Source: Octopus bimaculoides
Lineage: Eukaryota
Reading direction: 5' to 3'
NCBI RefSeq assembly: GCF_001194135.2
Contig: NC_068984.1
Location: 30,497,220-30,561,219 of the forward strand
DNA length: 64,000 nucleotides
Each line of letters begins with the position of its first letter. The stretch's first letter is position 1. The notes under the pieces were generated by a model. That model made no database searches. It saw only the letters and a list, made by a program, of their open reading frames with translations, and had not been told where the DNA came from. Below are positions 50,546 to 63,354 of the stretch, one piece after another. Both the position numbers and the translations under genes were made by a program.

Positions 50546-52864
50546 ATGGTGATTAGATATTGCTAATATCTAATCATTCAAGATGCATGTGATGGTATAA
50601 AAACAATTTGCCAATGCTTTAGGTGAAAATATCATGTCATAATTGTTCAGCCAGAGTTGTATAAATGCTTCCTTGTCACAGAGGCCATCATAAATGTAAT
50701 GATCCAACGATCAGCCTGTTGGAAATCTGTAACCAAAGATGCTGTTATCCACGAACTATGATTTGAAATAAATAAGTCGTATAACTATGTTTATCATAGC
50801 TATATAATTTATTACATAAGACATTGAAAACTTGACCTCAAGTGCTGATGAAGATCATCATGATCATATCAATTAAAATTCATTTCACCTGCATATGGCT
50901 TTCTACAGAAGTTTCACAGCTCTATACGTCTATATATATCTATTGTAACTATATGCAGGATAATCAAACAGAAATATGAAAGAAATTGTCATCTTTATTC
51001 CCACCAACATTCTCACCATCATCGTCACCATCACCAACATCATTATTTCATTTATCATCATTGCAAGATGTTATTAATATTTTGATGTCAGTGAAGTAAT
51101 TCTCACTCAAAGATTTCTTTCCTAGCATTCACAACTTTTGCAAGTGTCAGACAGCTGTAAGACAACATGACATTTTGCTGTCATTGCATTTCAAGTGTAT
51201 CCTGCATTTTTGTTATTCGCAATGTTATTGAATATTTGTAATGTAACTGTTGGCTGGACATTTGTTAATCATTTCAAAACATTTGGTTTAAACTTCCTTG
51301 TTAATTAGGCAATTGACTGTCATCTATCAACGTTGGCATTGTGGAGATTTTTGTAATATCAGTTCATTACTAATCATGACTACCTGCAACAGATTTATGA
51401 ATTTAAGAAATCCAAGCTATAGAACATCATCAAATAAATAATACTGTATGAATTGGAATACATACACAATTGAAAAGATGTCCTTACATTTCTTAGATCC
51501 TCCTATCATAATCCTCTTAGTTTTTCTTTGTATCATAATGCCCTTTTTTTTCTTTCTTCCTCATTCACAGCCTCCTTAAGGCTGTTTTCATTATCATCAC
51601 ATTCAAGACTGCCACCATTTTATGTTTAATAATTGTTATCATTCTTGTCTATCACCATTCACCATTTGGTGAATGGTGAATTGTGTGCTTATCCTCTCTG
51701 AGTTTCTGTCTATATAAATAGAATCTTATTCCAACCCACTTGCGTTTTTAATCAGCCTTATGTTTACAATATTGTTTCTATATTTCTTACACATAGATGA
51801 TATTCTATTTCTTCCTCAAAAATACATAGAGATAAATAATTATTATTTTGCATGCCTGTTTTTTTTAATTGTATATTTTTCTGAGCAAAAATTGTTAAAT
51901 TCCATTGCCTGAATAAATTCAGAAATAATTCATTTCATTCCTGATTTCCCATGCAACCTAACCAATGCAATTATGCTTTACATTACTGCAACACCTCACT
52001 GTCGTTTTTGAGTGAGAAAAACATTTAAATGGATGAAAAGCACCAAACTAGTTAACACAAAAATATATAAATCTAATGTAGGCCATTCGATTTTCTAAAA
52101 TTTGCTGTGAATCAAAGAAGATATTGGTTAATGTAGTCATGGAAGTACATAGACTGGAAGAGAAAAGTATAGCTGGAGCATATTTGATAATAAATCTGCT
52201 TAACTAGGGCTAGCCTGGAGCTATGCAACATACTAGATCACACACAACATTTGATATAGCACTTGGCCATATAGGACTAAGTCCATCTGGAACTAAGTAT
52301 AAGTATGTAATGGGATATAATGCTGTTAAATTGTTCAAACTCTGAGAGACAGTGTAATATACATCATACAAATCAATGCAAAACAGAAAGTTATTGCTTA
52401 TGGTGTTTATTTTCTTGTGAATTCCTTGTACAGTAGATATACAAAAGAATTCTCTGTAGTAATTGGCTGTTTAACAGTGGTAAAGGGAGAATAACAATGA
52501 CAAATCTCATGCACTCTTGGTAAAATGTGCCTTGTAGGAAAAGCCACTGGCTAGAAAGCAAAGTTGTATGGTGTGTAGAAGCAAAAACGACCCTTAATGT
52601 TCTGTGAGGGTTCGTATTTATACCTTTTAGAAAACTAAATGTAAACAGAAAGTAAATTGCTTATCTATGTTAACCTACTTTTGATCCAATGATGCTAACT
52701 CAAACAATGGAACCAAAATAAGTGTGAAAAGTGACCTCATAAAATTCCTATGTACTAATACCACAAACAATGGAAAATTCTCAAAGAAAAACTTAGACTA
52801 AGGTTTTAATTCCTGGCTAAGAATCCAAGAAACGATTTTTCATGTGTATCCAGGGGAGGTTTCA

Positions 52865-53415
52865 AGTGTGGAAGCAGGGTTTAGAATCGAAGGGCCTTAG
52901 AGTTGATATAGCAAAAGCCAGTCTTAGTAAGAAGGCAGGCAAACAAATTACAAATCCCTTCAGGTAGATGGCCCTGCTTGATCTGTAGAAAAGGCATAGG
53001 TAGAAATTCCATAAGATGTACCCAGTGTAAGCTATGGGCACATAACAATTTACAAATGTATTTTGGATACTTGGAATTTACAAGTATTTACTTACAAGTA
53101 TATATAGGTGCAGCAATATCAAAGGAAGGTTAACGGGGAAGATAGTTTTTGTGTTTGGCAGATACACAGGGGCAATAAACACTGAAAATGTGCACAAAAC
53201 AGCTTCCATCACATGCCTGGGGAAAAACTAGAAGTAGTTGATAGGTTCCATTACTGAGGTGACCAAGTTAGTAGCAAGGGTGGATAGCCTGGGCAAAGTT
53301 CAGTGAGCTCCTAACCTCTGCTGGTAACAAAGGGCCTCTCGCTCAGAGTGAAAGGTAGACTGTATGATGCATGTGTGAAAACAGCCATGCTACATGGCAG
53401 TGGAACATGAGCTCT
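52865..53415 (+). mobile_element. RTE LINE RT-region fragments
   Basis: KQGLESKGLRV; RWPCLICRKGIGRNSIRCTQCKLW; LVTKGLSLRVKGRLYDACVKTAMLHGSGT. Confidence 0.75.
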
Positions 53416-53676
53416 GATACACTGCTTTGCAGTCCTGAACCCCCTCACACCTTTAATTCCCACATTATAGAACATTTACAAATCTCTTATTTACAGCTAT
53501 TCTTTTTGCTATGTAAATCTAACACCTAGCTACCTTTTTGGCTACCTGATGTAATTCTCCGCTTCCACCATTTTTTCAGTCTTTGGAATGTATGTATGTA
53601 TGTTTATGTATTCAAGGGAAATCAAAGAGAGACAAGGACGTAAATGACAGGAAAGAACTACTAAACATGGAATCTC

Positions 53677-53870
53677 CTCATCAGCCATGTAGACCAGATT
53701 CAGCATAGTTTCATCATATTTAATGTCTTGAGATTTTAATTCCAGGTGACTAATCCTTAGGCCATGACAATTATAGTAAATATCACTGAGGTGATAGGAA
53801 TTACAATGAAAAATGTTTGAATGCAGGGAACAACATGTGTGATGGAAAACTTTAGACTGGTACACATAAT
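53677..53870. repeat. Diverged direct repeat, copy 1 (copy 2 at 54583-54760)
   Basis: Both copies begin ctcatcagcca..agaccaga and share the identical 21-mer atagtaaatatcactgaggtg (53773, 54661). Confidence 0.7.
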
Positions 53871-54118
53871 GTGGCTTACTGAAAATATAGATATTTATAT
53901 CTTATATCTTATGTCTTATGATTGGACATAGAATACAACAAACTTACTGAATACTAGCATGAAAGAAAATGAAATATGACTTTCATCAGATAACATATAT
54001 GAAGGAATGGAGAGATTTAGGAATGCACAGCCTGTATGATGTTCACATTTATAAAAAGACAGCATGAAGGAAAAGATTGTTGGTATTGGTTTAGTAGCAG
54101 CAGGAACAAAAAAAAAGT

Positions 54119-54119
<1 letters not shown>

Positions 54120-54174
<55 letters not shown>

Positions 54175-54287
54175 NNNNNNNNNNNNNNNNNNNNNNNNNN
54201 NNNNNNNNNNNNNNNNNNNNNNNNNNNNNNNNNNNNNNNNNNNNNNNNNNNNNNNNNNNNNNNNNNNNNNNNNNNNNNNNNNNNNNN

Positions 54288-54345
<58 letters not shown>
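54120..54345. repeat. (GA)n microsatellite spanning a gap
   Basis: Directly visible. Confidence 0.9.
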
Positions 54346-54349
<4 letters not shown>

Positions 54350-55175
54350 ATAGTGATGGGAAAGAAATAGTATGTGACTGTGAGAAGAAGAATGAAAGAT
54401 GAAATGAGAGAGAAAAATAAAGTTAGCAAGAAGACAAATGTAGAATGGTTATAGTAAAAGAAGAAAATATCTTTAGATGAGCAATAACATGATGCTATCT
54501 AAACTAAAAATGTAACAGAGAAAATTTAAGTGAGACGTGGTAAAAAAACTAATGGTAAAGGACAATTAAATCTAAAACAAATCTCATCAGCCACAAAGAC
54601 CAGAATCTTCATGTATTGAAACATTAATTCCATTAGGATTATCCTCTGACCATATCAGTGATAGTAAATATCACTGAGGTGGTAAATATTACAAAGAAAA
54701 ACATTTAGAGTGTAGAGAACAGCAACATATGTGTAAGACAGAAAACTTTGAACAGACACCTGTAATATAGGTGGCATGGGTAGGACAGTCTGACAGGAAC
54801 TTGCAAGTCAGAAGACTGCACTAAGCTCTGCTATCTTTTTTTGGCATGGTTTCTAGGGTTCAATGCCTTCCTTAACACCTATATGGAATAAAAGTATCCC
54901 ATCAATATACAACAAAATACATGGAGTGGATTTCACCTGGAGACAATTCAGCTGAAATATATCATATCTGTCTATAAAACCAATGATAGGGATTTTACAT
55001 GGTTGCGCAACTATCTGAAATAAGAAGACACATTACATGAAGTAGATTAGTAAAAGGAAAACAGGTTGGTCATGGATAGAACGCATTTGCTCATAGATTT
55101 GTTCAACTGACTCCTATCATATACTCACTTGATCATTTTACATTTATGAATAGTCAGTTGTTATTATCAATTCAT

Positions 55176-55350
55176 TTTGCAAGATACCTGATGTGAAATC
55201 ATGTGTTGAAACAGATATTGTTGTATTTCAAGATGGTCATTTTATTTATTATTTATTGTTTTTACTAAATAAACACATGCACTATATATATTCTTTTTTT
55301 TTCTCTTCACTCATTTATTACTGTTATTTTATTATTTTAACGCCTGTCCA
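55176..55350 (+). repeat. Repeat P copy with a hammerhead-like motif
   Basis: tttgcaagatacctgatgtgaaatcatgtgttgaaacagatattgttgtatttc aligns with the reverse complement of about 6045-6105. Confidence 0.6.
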
Positions 55351-55637
55351 TTGTCCGGAAATGTTTTGTCACACATCTGTAACCTCTTTAGCGACACTTT
55401 TCATTTCCGTGTGTGTTCTTGCTCCACTTGCTCCATTCTCTAGTGTTATTAAATAGTTGGATATCTAATACTTGAAAAGGAATAGAGTAAACTGTTGATT
55501 TGCATGCTTATTTTTAATACCTTCCGGCAGATTCAAAAGCAAATATGTTGATTGCTGTTGTGCTTGTCACAGGAGAACAGTTTCTCGTTTATGACAAATA
55601 TGTGTTCATTGTATGCTCCATTCGTTAGTAGAAGGGA

Positions 55638-55683
55638 TTCTGGGACACCAGTGTTTTGACATATTGTGTCTCATCAGCCAGAA
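55638..55683 (-). ncRNA. Minimal type I hammerhead ribozyme motif (G12A variant)
   Basis: Minus strand: UUCUGG-CUGAUGA-GACA caaua UGUC-AAAA-CAC ug GUG-UC-CCAGAA; stems I (6 bp), II (4 bp) and III (4 bp) all pair; GUC cleavage triplet. Confidence 0.7.
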
Positions 55684-57379
55684 ACACCAGGACCAATGAA
55701 ACTAACAAGAGCTAATGATCTTGTTTATAATTTCACTGAATAAAACAGTCAAATAAACATGACTTGAGACACCAGCTCAAGAGCCTTAATTCCAGAGAGA
55801 ACCTCTAAACGAGTATTTTGCATGCTAAAAATAACAACCAAATCTCACTAAAATCACATCTTACCTTAAAAAAGGAGAAAACTCATTAACAATATAGTTT
55901 AGATACCCGTAAAGAAACTGAATGGTTATTACCGGAATGCCTTGGATTACAGACTTGCACAATGAGGTTTGATGTGGGGTTTAAAAACAACATCTTGATA
56001 TCAAATTCACTAGAAAACAGTATATTAATTCATTAATTATTGATCATAGCCGCTTCATTTCGCCTAATCATCAGAAATTTTCGAATTTCAACCACAATTG
56101 CCCGGCATCTTCTGTTTATAATTACCTATTATCTAATCTTGATTATTGTTGTAATTAGTATTTTCATCTTTACCACCAATTTAGCAACTTGTTCCACTTA
56201 ATCTGCTAAACTGTTTTGTTCATAATCCAAGGCTTCCACATTTTATAGTAAACATATTATTTCTCATGTGGCTGCATTTATTCTCAATTCATTATTTAGA
56301 TAGAAAAGCTGAGATATTAAAGAAGTGTTAGGATATTAAATGAATGTTTGGGTTTTGAAAAACTATTTCAATTTCGTTTGCAGCCTTGAAATTCGTAATT
56401 AAAGCAGCAAATTCTTCTCTTCTCTTTAAGTACAGTTTATAATTGGTTTGATTCATCAAGTGATATTATTGCATATCTTAGAATTTGATTATTTCTCTGC
56501 TTTATTAGAACAAATTTAGGAAATATAGAAACCGTTTAATAGATATTAAACTAATTATTTCTAAGGTAAGAGAAAATTCTGCTACCACCACCACCTCCTC
56601 CTCCTCCTATTCAGCATTAACATTATCAGAACCACCGTTGGCACCACCACTGCTGCTACCACCACCAGTACTGCCACAACTATTACCACCAATACCAGCA
56701 CCATCACCATAAACACCACTACCACCACCATCATCACTATTTTAAGGCTGTTTTGCTTTCTGGCAGGGGTTGGATAGACCATGATAATCTGAATTAGATG
56801 TTATTCGGAATTACTACATTTCTGATATGGTTTCTATGGCTGTATACCTTTATTCTCACCCACCACTTTACAGAGTTTACTGAGGTATTTCAGTATGACA
56901 CTATTACAAGAGAGATTGTCTTGTTCCTTGTTTGATTTGCAGTCAAAATAGTACTGAATCTTTTGATACCCCATACGTCAAATTTGTAAGTCATTTTGGA
57001 AGGCATAAGGAAAATATAATATATAGGACAGAATCTCACACAATAATACACATGTAATGCTGAAATAGAGTAAGAGATAACAAATTGCTCCGGGTTTGCA
57101 TTAGGCAAGAAGTTGGAAATTTTTTGGGCCATGACACTGCATGGACCTTGACTTTTGTATTTGATGCCTGCTGCTTTAAGTATTTTATTTATATCATATA
57201 TATTTATGTATGTATAAGACAATGACGGAGACCTCTACATGGTAGGTAGACCTGGTAGAAATAGCAACCAAATCTCCCTCAAAACACCCTACTGTCTTAA
57301 TTCGACAATTCTGCCTATTATGTAGTTTGAATGAGAAACTGTAACTAAAGATTAAGATTATCAACTCCACAGAGAGAGG

Positions 57380-57690
57380 AAAGAAGAGAGATAGCATAGC
57401 GACAGTTCTGGCTGACTGTCATCCTGTACTCCCTTTGTTGCTAACGAAATGGTATGTGCCGGCTGTCTGAGCAACTGGTTCTTTTAATGGTGGAACAAAC
57501 AGGACATAAAGATTACAAAAATAGTAATTCTCACTTTGAAACTAACAATTTTGAAAATCTTTTTAGATTATGGAATGCCCTGCTCTCTCGTGTATCCATG
57601 TTTAAAATTTCAGCGCGATTGGTTGAACAATATTCAAGTTGTAAGCACACAAACAGACAGACAGACAGAACGGATTTTATATATTAAGAT
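57380..57690 (+). mobile_element. Possible non-autonomous Helitron/Helentron (Lep1/DINE-1-like) element
   Basis: aaatttcagcgcgattggttgaac...(GACA)n...ttttatatattaagat resembles the 3' architecture I recall for such elements; 5' end uncertain. Confidence 0.4.
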
Positions 57691-57699
57691 ATATACTTG

Positions 57700-57757
57700 T
57701 ATAATTGTTAAACAGGACAGCAAGCTTTAATGTTTGCTGTCCTGTTTAACAATTATA
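57700..57757. other. Perfect 24-bp inverted repeat with a 10-nt loop
   Basis: tataattgttaaacaggacagcaa / ttgctgtcctgtttaacaattata. Confidence 0.92.
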
Positions 57758-60700
57758 TATCCACTGCATTGGAAATATGCAATGGCTCCATAACATCTCG
57801 GCTATAACCTTGGAGCCTCAGTAATCCATTACAGCATTCACCTAGTGTACCTAATCGTTTAGATCACCAGTGAACTAAACCCCTATACTTTGTATATATA
57901 CTTCTAAATATATACTTGTAAATTCTGAATGTGATGTGGGAATGTGTCTTATACTCCAGCAAATATGTTATATACACACATATGTATATTTATTGTATGT
58001 AGAAGTGTCAGTGTGTAAAAATGTGTAAATTAGTTGCTAATAACTGATTCAATATGTATATGCTTGAATCTATTGCATATACATATTGCAAACACCTATC
58101 TTCAATGGATTTATATTGAAAATTTCAGAAATACTTACCTTAACTTCATTGATACACCGATTATTTGTTTTTTATACGATTCATAAGAAATAGTCATATT
58201 TTGTGCTTTTTATATATTTTCTCTCTTTCAACAGTATCTAACATTTTAAGTTTAACCTGTAAACTAATTTTGTCATTGATCAATGCATCATTGATTTAAA
58301 CAGATAAATATGGTTTTCATTATGTAGATATTAAAAAAAGTTCATTATATGGATGTATAAATAAATAGTTATGGTTTTCATATATTTGAAAGAATATATC
58401 TGATCTCTAAGTATTATACTTATGAATACAAGACTTTAAGTACCATAAACTGATGTGAAGTTATTTGAATTATTAGATTTAATTACAAATTGAGTTATTT
58501 CCCTTTGTTTACTTATATTTGTCCTTTTCATTTCAGTCATTTGTTGTAGGTACTAGTCGACCTGTAGACATCGTGTCAACTTCAAATACAGTGTACCTGG
58601 TATTAAGTTATCCAATGTATCCCTTTTTTTAAGAAGTAGAGTGTATTTTGAAGATTTTAATTATATGTTTCTAGTATTACTTAGCATGGAAGAGCAGAAA
58701 GCATGATGCTTGTCCAAGACTCTCAAGACTGATGGCGGAATGAAAACAGGGCAAAGGGCAAGAAAAGTAGTTATTTTCAGGTCAAAGACCTGGTTTGAAT
58801 GCTTTCAAAAGGGTGGACTTCACCATCCAAATTCTAGGTGGTGATATTAAACCAGATGACAAATTATGCCTAGCAATTAAGAACTTCTGCTCAAGAGAGG
58901 TAGTTATTCTGGTAGGATAATATACTATCAATATATTGTATCCTTCAAACAATTGAGGTTTACAGAACATTTTTATGGATATATACATCTGCATTTTTTT
59001 TTCTTTGTCAGAATGATTTATAGAACTAATTCTCCTGTTTCTGTATCTTCTGTAAGGACCTCCTAGACTCGATGAGAAGTTTAACTTTGTTGGGTAGTTG
59101 CAAATGAAATTCATTCTTAACTTCTGTAAATAGGGAGAAAAATTGAAAAAAGTTTTAGATTCATACAGTTCTAAGGAAAAACAATTGGGAAATTGGTTAA
59201 GTATGAGGTACAGAGGTCGAATCCGGTGAAAGTAATAAGAAGAGATACTGGTGCACCAATTGTATTTAGATAATACATAGTTGAACATCTTCATCAGAAG
59301 AGAAGTTTTTATAGTTACTGTACAATTCATAAAGGAAGCATAATTCACGTTGATGTGTTTATATTTTCATGCACGAGTGTGTACTTACACTGAGTGATAT
59401 AGCCCTATTTTTAAAAGCTAATCACATAGGAAACTAAATTTGCTAAAAGTAGTCAATTTTTATTTATGGAGATTTATCACATCCCAGTGCAAATGTCTAT
59501 AAAAAAAAGTTTAATTTTCCTTGCTCCTTCTATACTAATATAAGTGATCATACATTTCAAATAGGAAAAAGAAGAAGAAAAAAAGAAGTAAAAGAAAATC
59601 ATCAACAAAATGCAATTGAACTCTTCTCAGATTGTTTGAACGATTTGCATTGATTGATTGAGTAATTTACTAAAATGTTATTGCTTTCACTCAGCTTTAA
59701 TAACGGTCATCCATTTTCCTAGTTTTCATTGCTATCAGCAGTTGTTGGTGTCAGTAACAGTTTTATAGTATGCACTCTTTGAAATTGGTGACAATTACTT
59801 CATCTCCCCATGTCATCTCCAACATAAAACCTCTTCCAACTTAAACCAAACTTGACTTGATTGATAAAGTTGTATTATTATTGTTGTTGGCTTTGTTGCT
59901 GTTGTTGGCCTCACTTCTGTTTTAATGCTATTTTCATTATTTATTTTTACTTATAGTTTTAGCCTATACATACATATATATTCATGTATGTATGTATATA
60001 TGTGTGAATGTATACAGGAACACACACACACACTCTCACATACAATAGACACATAACTTCTTATGTTTTTTGCTGTGTTACTTTTTTGATCCGCATGTCT
60101 TTTATTTTCTGGATTCTCTTCTCTCCAATGGACAGTAAGATTCTGCATGTTAGTTGGAAATAAATTGAATCATTCCAATGATTGTTATTTGAAGAACTTG
60201 AATCACTCTTCTATTGTTTTTTCTTTCTTTTTCATTTAGTTCTCAACAAGCTGTCTTTGCTGTCTTTTTTTTACACACAATTACATTCAAGCAGACACAC
60301 ACACCAATCCAATGACAGCAAGTAATATCATTCAAAAAGCTAAGGTTCTGGAATGCATAAGCAATGTTCCTGCTCAAAATAATAACTTTACTATGATCAC
60401 TCACCATTGCCCTCATCTTAACTTCACTCACCTTAGTCCTAAATCTAATTAATTCGATCTCTTCTCCAAAATATTAATTCAATTGAATTTCCACTCCATA
60501 TCCCACTAGATATCAGAGTTAATGGTTGACATTTCCAATTTTGATATTCTACTGTTCAAGTTTTAAATTCTATGAAAGCTAACTTAGCTTTCTATTGTTT
60601 GAAGTGTTAAAAAGGTAAATACCAATGGTGCTCAGATCCACAGTGAATCAACGCTTGAAACAAGTCTGTCAGAGTTGTAGCACTTTCAGTATCATTAAAC

Positions 60701-60849
60701 ATGCCAGAGTTCAAGTAAAGTTCTAAGATAGTTTAGTGCTTGATCTAGTTTCTGTTCATAACGATTTCCTTTCTCTTACATTGGAACAATTCTAGAAGAA
60801 ATACACGATCATTAAAAATGATAGCCATCTCACCACCTAAAGATATTCA

Positions 60850-61200
60850 TATCAAAACTGGTTGAAAATCTCTAGGTTAGAAGTAGAATGTCTAATTCGA
60901 GCTGCACAAGACCAATATCTAGCCATAAGTAACTACAAAAGTAAAATAGTTCAGACTCTACCGTCTGTAGAAGGAGATACTTGACCACATCTCCAGTTGC
61001 CCTGTTTTTGCCAAGTTTGACTATACACACAAACATGGTTGAATCAGCAACTATAACCACTGGGAAATATGTCAGTATGAAAACAGACAAGAGATGATCA
61101 AAACCAGTAATGAACACAATAAACAATAGTGACCAAGTCACAATCACTTAAGAGATAACTATTCAAATCGACTTTGAGATCAGAGGAAACTATTCAGATA
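60850..61200 (+). mobile_element. R4/Dong LINE C-terminal fragment
   Basis: WLKISRLEVECLIRAAQDQYLAISNYK. Confidence 0.6.
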
Positions 61201-61410
61201 TAATAATCAAGGACTAGAACAATAATACCTGCATGTTAATAGATATATTGGTTTTTTCTGGAAAATGAATTGCCTGAAATAAAGTGGGGGTGGAATCTAA
61301 CATCTTACTGGAATCTTCAAATGAAAATATACAAAATGTGGGGCACACAAACAAAAACAATGCCAATAACAGTAAAAGCAGTAGGTATGTTAAAATCAAA
61401 ATATGAACAA

Positions 61411-61574
61411 GATGCAGGAGTCGCTGTGCGGTAAGTAGCTTGCTTACCAACCAACATGGTTCTGGGTTCAGTCCTACTGCATGGCATCTTGGGCAAGTGT
61501 CCTCTACTATAGCCTTGGGCCGACCAAAGCCTTGTGAGTGGATTTGGTAGACAGAAACTGGAAGAAGCCCATCG

Positions 61575-61660
<86 letters not shown>

Positions 61661-61872
61661 TGTGTCTGTGTTTGTCTCACCCAACATTGCTTGACAACTG
61701 ATGCTGGTGTGTTTACGTCCCCCGTAACTTAGTGGTTCGGCAAAAGAGACTGATAGAATAAGTACTAGGCTTACAACAAAGAATAAGTCCTGGGGGTCGA
61801 TTTACTTGACTAAAAGCGGTGCTCCAGCATAGCTGCAGTCAAATGACTGAAACAAGTAAAAGAGTAAAAGAG
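61411..61872 (+). mobile_element. SINE family C (CORE-like), full length
   Basis: tRNA-like head, ggcatcttgggcaagtgtc CORE-like segment, internal (CT)n(AT)n, (GTAAAAGA)n tail. Confidence 0.88.
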
Positions 61873-61909
61873 AGAGTAAGAATATATAAACCATACAGGG
61901 TTCATAATA

Positions 61910-62125
61910 CTGATTGCAAATTTGGGCACAAGGCCAGCAATTTCAGAGAGAGAGTAAGTCAATTATGTCAACCCCAGTGCATGATTGGTACTTATTTTAT
62001 TGATCTTGGAAGGATGAAAGGCAAAGTTGACCTCAGTGTAATTTTGACTCAAAACGTGAAGACAGGCAAAATGCCACCAAGAATTTTGCCCAACATGCTA
62101 GTGACTCTGCCAGCCCATCACCTTC
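61910..62125 (-). mobile_element. SINE family A
   Basis: caaatttgggcacaaggccagc...ggatgaaaggcaaagttgacctc...ctctgccagcccatcacc. Confidence 0.75.
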
Positions 62126-62943
62126 CAGGGTTCATATAAAACACAATTCTAAAGATTGGAAAACTCTGCAAGGTACAGCCTGCATGCTATGCAAGATACT
62201 TTAATTCATTAGTTTAATTAAAGTCTGTGTATACAAAGCAGAATATATATAATATCCACTTAATAAAATAACACAACTCAGACAGTAACTAATGTACAAG
62301 ATCAGCAAGAAAATAATGCAACAGACAAAGAAACTCACACGTAATGGATATCCCATAATAAAACTAATAACTCAAATTACATCTTACACATCTGCAAGCT
62401 GTTAATGCTACTCACACATCATAAACTCAACATAATCAATGGCTAACACTGAAATATATAACACCAGTTACACAGTCTATACAAAATATATTCATCCCCC
62501 AACTAAATAACGTATGACATAGCCAGTACACAGCAGAAGAAACAATAAAGATTACACCAGAAACAATTAGCCATAACTCAAAAGGCACTGCACGGCACCT
62601 TATGCAAATGTCTTCTGCTATAGACTCGAGCTGATTAGAAACAACAAGCCATACCTCAAAAGAAGGTACAAATGATACTGCATACTCAACATGGTTCTAC
62701 ATCCCCAAAAAGCAATGCTATACACACCTCATAAATACAGAGGCGTGCCTGGTGATACAGCAACAAATCACATGAACCTGTTGTATAAATATATGAATAA
62801 TAATAATTCTTTATAATCTTAGTACAGGGCCAGCAATAATAAAGGGAAGAGCAAGGTGATTACATAGGCTTCAGTACCTGGCAGGTACTTATGTAATCGT
62901 CCTCAAAAGGATGGAAGGCAAAGACAACCTTAGGGGAATTTAA

Positions 62944-63350
62944 CTGTGTGGTAGGAAGCTTCCTTCCCAACCACATGGTTCTGGGTTCAGTCCTACTGCA
63001 TGGCACCTTGGGCAAGTGTCTTCCACTTTATCCTTGGGCTGACCAAAGCCTTGTGAATTTATTTGGTAGTCAGAAACTGAAAGAAGCTCATCGTGTATAT
63101 GTATATATCTGTGTGTACCTTTGTGTGAGTGTTTGCCCCCCACCCCACCCCACCCCACTGCTTGACAACCAGTGTTAGTGTGTTTACATCCCTGAAATTT
63201 AGTGGTTTGACAAACAAGACCAATAGAATAAATACTAGTCTTTAAAAAGTAAGTCCAGTGGTTGATTTGTTTGACTAAAACCCTTCAAGGCAGTGCCCCA
63301 GCATGGCCACGAACAAATGACTAAAACAAATAAAAGATAAAAGACAAAAG
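62944..63350 (+). mobile_element. SINE family C, near full length
   Basis: ctgtgtggtaggaagcttcc...tggcaccttgggcaagtgtc...(TAAAAGA)n tail. Confidence 0.82.
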
Positions 63351-63354
63351 AATT

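Noticed and set aside
50570-50760. Minus-strand frame with an in-frame TGA (FVDNSIFGYRFPTG*SLDHYIY...), possible selenocysteine
   Set aside because: No donor site, no SECIS element and no selenoprotein motif recognised
58550-58600. CUB-domain-like peptide GTSRPVDIVSTSNTVYL
   Set aside because: Too short, no upstream CUB exon found, and the phase-compatible donor is weak
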